DNA from: Amoebophrya sp. A120 | Taxonomy: Eukaryota; Protista; Dinoflagellata | Reading direction: 5' to 3' | NCBI GenBank assembly: GCA_905178155.1 | Contig: CAJINV010000001.1 | Span: forward strand, 6,481,860-6,545,859 | DNA length: 64,000 nt | In this document: in pieces, positions 58,645-64,000 of the stretch | How positions within the stretch are numbered: the first letter of the stretch is position 1 | Layout of the letters: each line of letters starts with the position of its first letter | Position numbers and translations under genes: made by a program | The notes under the pieces: model-generated | The model's input: the letters and a program-made list of their open reading frames with translations, nothing else | What the model was told of the DNA's origin: nothing | Database searches by the model: none

Positions 58645-61040
58645 ATGGTGTCGTGTTGCGCGAAGCCGCCACCGAGTCCGGTCGCCAAGCCGGACATTAT
58701 GAGCCCCGGAGCGGAATTAACAAATTGGAACGCGAACCTTTTTTTCCGCGACGGGAGATGATTCCTGGTTCTACAGCATGCATGATCTTCTCCAGAAATC
58801 AACTGTCGTTCGTGGCAAGAACATGTGATGTCACAGCAAGCAAAATTTTGCCCGTGGAAGATCAGGTTTCAAGTTGCAATTTGATAAGGGACAAAGCCAC
58901 TAGAACTCGGAGAAGTGGTGGTCGAGACCAAAAAGCCCACGCTAGTCGAGGAAAAGGTGGCGGAGAAACCGGCAAAGGTAGAGGATGCTCCGGCGGTCGC
59001 ACCAACTGCAGAAGGTACAACCTACGGTGTCGTGTAAAGTGTGCCTTCTACATGTTAAAAGGTGAACGCCGTAAGATTAAGAAGTAGAAGTTGCAACGGT
59101 ACTATAACAGCACGCCATACAACAACATCATACTACAATGAATGATAGAGAAACGACGGGACCAAGAAACAAAATCATCTCACCGTACACCTTTCTTTAC
59201 CTTTGCGATTTTACACAACAGAGCCCGCAGCACCGGAGCCAGAAAGCAGCGCGCCAGCAGTGGACGAGCCAGAACACGAGGAAACCGCAAAAGTTGGAGA
59301 GGAAAACTACTTCTCATCATCTTTTATGGTATCATGTTGAAGCATGGTTGTGATCAAGAACCTGCTGCTGCAGTTTGATCTTCTACTTGTTTACCAGATC
59401 TTCGATTCTTAAGATGGTATTTTCTAGGAAAAGCTCCCACCTGCTGCATCTCCATTCTTGTCTACTAGTACTTCTTGCTCTTCTACAAGCGAATTGCAAT
59501 TGTGTGTACAAATTTCAATCTGCCATCAAAATCCACACCCAACAACCAGACATTCGACGAGAAGAAGGCTGTTTTTGAACCAGAAAACGTGGGTGAAGCG
59601 GAGGCCGACGAAGGCAATGGCGTGCCGTGCAACTTCCAAATCGATGGTCTCACAAGCAACATCGCCGCACTGCACATAGCACAGAAGGTAGGAAAAAGAA
59701 AAAGAGAAACCTGCTTCCTGATTACTGCAATTTGCGTGTGCTAACTCTAGAGTGTCATTCTTCTGCGGCCGGGTACTCGCCACTTGATGACCAGTATAAC
59801 AAATATGTATCAAAAATCCTCGAACCAAGAGCAAGAGCATCAACATCAAAAATTCCAGAGTTTCTACGCAAGCATGGCGCCAGCACCCCCTGGCATGAGC
59901 ATTTTGCGACCCCCGGCGCCCCTGCAGACACCAAACTTGACAACGGAATGGTCGTGGGGCCAGCAAAGCACGCCGACAACAAGTAGTAAACATCGATTTC
60001 ATGCTGCTTCCGACGCTCTTGCATGCATGCAACTCTCATTCTGCTCGGTTTGCAATGGTACAAAGAAAACAATGAAAATTGGCCTAGCAGTCGTCCAGGA
60101 GATTCAACAGCCTTTTCAACCTGAAAAAACAAAATCGAACGAAGGTGTGATGCGCACGCCGTCGATCGGTATGCCCTCCCTGTTTCTGCAGGGTTCGTTT
60201 CAGCCGAGCGTGCAGACAAGTGCCGTGGTATTCTGAGGAAAATAAATCCCCCCTCCCCATATCGAAAAGGTATGTTTCCGAAAATTTGCGTTGCTGATTT
60301 GAGGTCACAAATCACGCCTGTCTTGCAAGAAGTCACGCGGAGAGGCTTCCGCACCATTATGGAAGCGATTTGGCATGCTGTTGCGCCTGGGGGGCACCCA
60401 TTTGCAATGCTAAGCAACTAGACCTATACGCCCCTACCTAGGCCGAGGATCTGGCTGTGATGCCTTACTGCAAGACAAATCCGATTGGTGTACCCAAATC
60501 CTGCATCACAGATTTCCACTTCGATATGGGGAGGGGGGATTTTTCCTTTTGATACGTGGTGCGGGCCGAGACGACAGCAACGGTCGACGACGAGGTCGTG
60601 GTCAACGCGGACGAAGTGGACGTACCCGAACCGGCAGAGGTTATGGCGTTCTCAACTGTTACATTCTCAACTGTTGCATGGTTTGTAATGCAAAACGAAC
60701 ATCAACACTCACCAGGTGAAGCTACTTCGCATGACAAATTTTAGAGAGGCTAAACAGCACCCAAATATGTGCGGAATTTGTAATGCTACAGGTGCAACCT
60801 CCCTGCTTTGCCTTTGACTTTTGCCATTCTTGCATCACAAATCCATGTGACTTTTGCCATTCTTGCATCACATCTTCGTTTGTGGTTTCGGTCGGTTTAG
60901 CATCACAAATCCATGTAACATTTGAGAATGTAACAGTTGAGAACGTCATAGAGGTCGAAGTAGAGGTCGAGGTGGCGGAAGCAGAGGCGGACGAGCCGCT
61001 CGAAGAGGCGGAAGAAGTTGCCGCATGCGCAGCGAAGTAA
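58645..61040 (+). CDS. Multi-exon acidic E/V/A/P-rich hypothetical protein with an N-terminal MVSCC motif (not visible as a single ORF)
   Basis: Reconstructed exons: MVSCCAKPPPSP (58645-~58716), LGEVVVETKKPTLVEEK (~58890-59014), EPAAPEPE (59222-~59328), TFDEKKAVFEPE (~59550-59687), ..QTSAV (to 60228), VRAETT..EPAE (60560-60641), VEVEVEVAEAE..AK* (60956-61040). The internal structure of 59688-60191 is uncertain. Confidence 0.55.
60229..60554. mobile_element. Introner-type non-canonical intron
   Basis: TAT..ATA ends, perfect TSD CGTGG, perfect 22-bp subterminal IR aaatccccctccccatatcgaa. Removal of 331 nt links ORF 59784 to ORF 60556. Confidence 0.88.
60642..60950. mobile_element. Introner-type intron whose TSD supplies canonical GT-AG ends
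   Basis: About 50-bp IR tatggcgttctcaactgttacattctcaa, perfect TSD GAGGT. Register 60640-60953 reads GT..AG. Internal direct repeat tgacttttgccattcttgcatcaca x2. Confidence 0.9.
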
Positions 61041-62303
61041 ACCTATTTACTTTATACATGACGCCTTGTTTTGATCATTTGGGATTTGGTGAGTGTTTTC
61101 GTCAAGGAGAGGAATCAGACATAAGAAATAGAAAAATGCTTGTGCTTCACCGTCAGAACCACGACTTTCAGTAGACTTTTTTCAACTCTTCTGATCATCG
61201 TCTCAGATTGAGATCACGATGAAAGGAATCACTTACTCTACCCCGTACAAGAACCCAGCGCACAACCCGAACGAACGTTGTACTTGTAGCTAATCAAAAA
61301 ACACGCAAACCTCGTTTTTACGTTTCGCATTTCCCTTTCTCCTCCGTGAACAAGGCACGATGACGGCGCTGATGCAGTCGCAACAGTGCTGGTGTGGCCG
61401 TGTCAGCGAGATTTTTATGTGGTAAAGTCGAAAATGACGAGAGACAGAATTTGCAAAGAGTTTTAATAGCAACAAAGCGTTGATAATTGACTCGTCCTGC
61501 ACCAATTTTTACTACTCTACACTACAATTCGACAATAAAGTGGAAACACAAAGATGAACAACCTATGTGACAAGTAAATTAGGCCTTACCTAAATGCCGT
61601 GGGCTCCAGGTTCGTGCGAAAATGCTCCCATATTTTTCAAATTGAAACCAAGCTAGCGAAGCCGCAGCAGCAGGACCAGACTAACGTCCTAGTACGAAAA
61701 AGGCGTTGTCTGTGTGCAGCAGGACGACGAACAAAGTGTCTGATCGCTATGAGGTTTCCAGGTTGTTCGACATGTAGTTTTTGTGATAGATTTTTGCCCC
61801 CTGAGGAGTAGCGATGGCAGAGCACGAGTAGATAAAAACAAAAAGTTACTTCGGTTCATTGCTGCATGAAATTCGGTCTTTGTCGCTCCGGGCAGTCTGT
61901 CAAGATGAACAACCACATCATAAATCGGTATCGTGCTCCTCTTTCATTTTCGTCTAAGTTTCCATTCGTAATGTCGTGCAACAGCAATTCATTGGAGTCG
62001 TTGTCGTTCCCCCCATGTCTTCAAGGTTTCGTTCTTGCGATGAGGCCCGCATTCTGATTTTTCTCGGCAATGAACGAATGTTGCACAGGATATTTTTCCA
62101 CCCCAAAGCCAAACCCAAGATTTTGTCCTTGGCATAACCATAATTCCCCTGCTGCATTTACTGCTAATTTGTTTATTTTCTTTTCTATTTCTACGATGAA
62201 CACCTTGACCTTCGAGGGCCTGTAATTACCACCGTTCCACTTCCGCGACGAGTCCATCGGTTTCAAACCTGGTTGTGAGCATTAGTCGTAAGTCAAACTC
62301 GTC

Positions 62304-63653
62304 ATGTTCAGCTTCATTTTCGGCGACGATGACAAGAAGAAGGCTCCCAAGCCCGAGGGAGACGCAGCACCTGCCAAGGGGAACAAGGGTGGGGCTCCGG
62401 GGAACAAGCAAAATAAGCGGTCCTCCGGCGATGACCGCGACAGTCGTGGGAGCAACAAGGGGTCCGGCAACTCGACCCCGACCGCGACCTTCCAAATCGG
62501 CGACCACGTGCGGACGCAGAACCTCGAGAAGTTGCCGCATTTTGACGGAAAGCTGGCGGTCATCCTCACCCTGCTGGATGCCGAGGGCAAGCACAAGGTG
62601 CAAATCCGCCCCAAGGGCCAAAACTTGAAGCTGTACCCCACCCGCCTGCGCGCCGTGTCGGAGAGGGAGTACCTTCAGGAAAACCCCGAGGGTGACAAGC
62701 CCATCCAGAACCTGATCGACCAAGCCCGGCAGTCCTTTGGGGTCGCAGCTGCGCCCACGGGCGCAAACGCAAATAACGTCGCGCGCGACAACAACTCGTC
62801 CACATCCGGTGCAGCGAACAAAGACAATAAACAGGGGAATGCGGCGAACAACGCTCGTGGGAGTGCGGGAACTGTGCAGAATGCAGCTCCACCTGCTGGT
62901 GAAGCACAAGATAACACGACGAAGCAAGGATCGGTGCAATCGCCAGAACCAGCTCCGAAGACTTCTTCAACCGGCGCAACTACATCTGCAGCTGCTAACG
63001 CAAACGCCGCAAGTGGTACCCGATCCAGCGACTCTGTGCAGCAAGTCCAGCAACAACAAATGGCAGCAGCGAGAAAAGCGGATACCCAGTATTCCATAGC
63101 GGAAGTGTACGAAAATGCTACCCCCGCACAGGCGGATCAACAAACTCGTTTTAGTAGCACCCCTGCAATCAGCGTCAGCACTGGTACGAAGCAGCCCCAG
63201 AAATCCGTAGCGGTGGTGGAGCCTCAGAAGTCGTCGACACCACAGTTGTCCCAGTCTGGAACGACAAGTGGAAATGCCAACCTCCCAGCAGCAGGAACTA
63301 CATCAACATCCGTTCCCGTGAGCGGTCGCGCGTCCTCGGCAGCGGCGTCACTAACCCCGGAAGAGGTGGAAAAATTCGGCCGTCGGCGGTCGGCGTTTTT
63401 CACCGCACGTCACGGGGATGCAATCGCGGAGCAGGAGCGCACGAGGGCCGAGTTCGTGCAGGAACTCGTGGAAGAATCCGATCTTCGGGTGGACGCGTTT
63501 CTCAAAAGCTACGCATTAGAGCAGAAAATGATGCAGAAGAAGGCCGGAGCGGTTGGAGCAGTTGTAGGTGATGCGCCACAGAGGGACACCATCAACGGCA
63601 GAGGAGCTGTACCAGCCCCGTCATCATTGAAAGGAAAAGGAAAAAAAGCTTAG
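62304..63653 (+). CDS. Hypothetical protein with a small SH3/KOW-like beta-barrel module and a long low-complexity A/N/S/T/Q region
   Basis: 449-aa ATG-initiated ORF. IGDHVRTQNLEKLPHFDGKLAVIL...GKHKVQI....NLKLYPTRL resembles the GxxVxIxGL..PxLNG..GRxxV..KPxNL module common in protist proteins. Confidence 0.7.
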   Translation: MFSFIFGDDDKKKAPKPEGDAAPAKGNKGGAPGNKQNKRSSGDDRDSRGSNKGSGNSTPTATFQIGDHVRTQNLEKLPHFDGKLAVILTLLDAEGKHKVQIRPKGQNLKLYPTRLRAVSEREYLQENPEGDKPIQNLIDQARQSFGVAAAPTGANANNVARDNNSSTSGAANKDNKQGNAANNARGSAGTVQNAAPPAGEAQDNTTKQGSVQSPEPAPKTSSTGATTSAAANANAASGTRSSDSVQQVQQQQMAAARKADTQYSIAEVYENATPAQADQQTRFSSTPAISVSTGTKQPQKSVAVVEPQKSSTPQLSQSGTTSGNANLPAAGTTSTSVPVSGRASSAAASLTPEEVEKFGRRRSAFFTARHGDAIAEQERTRAEFVQELVEESDLRVDAFLKSYALEQKMMQKKAGAVGAVVGDAPQRDTINGRGAVPAPSSLKGKGKKA

Positions 63654-64000
63654 AGAGTCGTTGCGCCACTGCTTCGTTTATCTGCTTATTATGACCCCGT
63701 TCCACTTGCCCCGTTTTCTAGATCCCCATGCCCATCCCATTCCCAATAAGATTTTTTTCTCTGCTTCACATAGATAAATGAAAGGAAAGCGAAACCAAAC
63801 CTGGAAGATCAACTTCTACACTAATCCCGTCTCTAACAGCACACGAATCCCGTTCGTTGTGGCACGATGATGAGGAACACGAAGAAACTGTCTCGCGACG
63901 GCCCCATCAAGGCGCCGAGGCCCCAACTGGCCGCAACAGATGAAGAAGATGGCTCAATATGTTCTATATCGAATCGGTCCTCCATCTTTGGAACAGTCGC

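Noticed and set aside
1-64000. tRNA, rRNA and spliced-leader RNA genes
   Set aside because: No recognisable cloverleaf, rRNA or dinoflagellate spliced-leader motif was seen by eye. A covariance-model scan would be needed to exclude them.

Overview
This is eukaryotic protist DNA, not prokaryotic. About 24 protein-coding genes are tightly packed and all lie on the + strand. They carry short introns (about 120-430 nt) of two kinds: ordinary GT-AG introns, and at least nine MITE-like introns that begin TAT, end ATA, have terminal inverted repeats and are flanked by a 5-bp direct repeat. Removing each element plus one repeat copy restores the reading frame, and most have no GT-AG register. This architecture matches what I recall for the parasitic syndinian dinoflagellate Amoebophrya, but the taxon is an inference. 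Recognisable genes: CRAL-TRIO protein, membrane-anchored EEP/neutral sphingomyelinase, macrodomain protein, SHIPPO/ODF3-repeat protein, aspartate aminotransferase, P2X receptor-like channel with a very large ectodomain insert, RING/TRAF zinc-finger protein. Most striking: (i) a single ~1218-aa protein fusing an erythromycin-esterase-like domain, a Ubc6/UBE2J-type E2, a RING-CH E3 and an AlgH/DUF179 domain; (ii) a tandem array of six divergent intronless paralogs of an unrecognised family with an internal F-box-like motif; (iii) a secreted GMC oxidoreductase-aldo-keto reductase fusion; (iv) two intergenic TIR elements, one hAT-type (8-bp TSD) and one with a 5-bp TSD like the introners. All exon joins were derived by eye from frame and motif continuity, with no database searches or transcript data.
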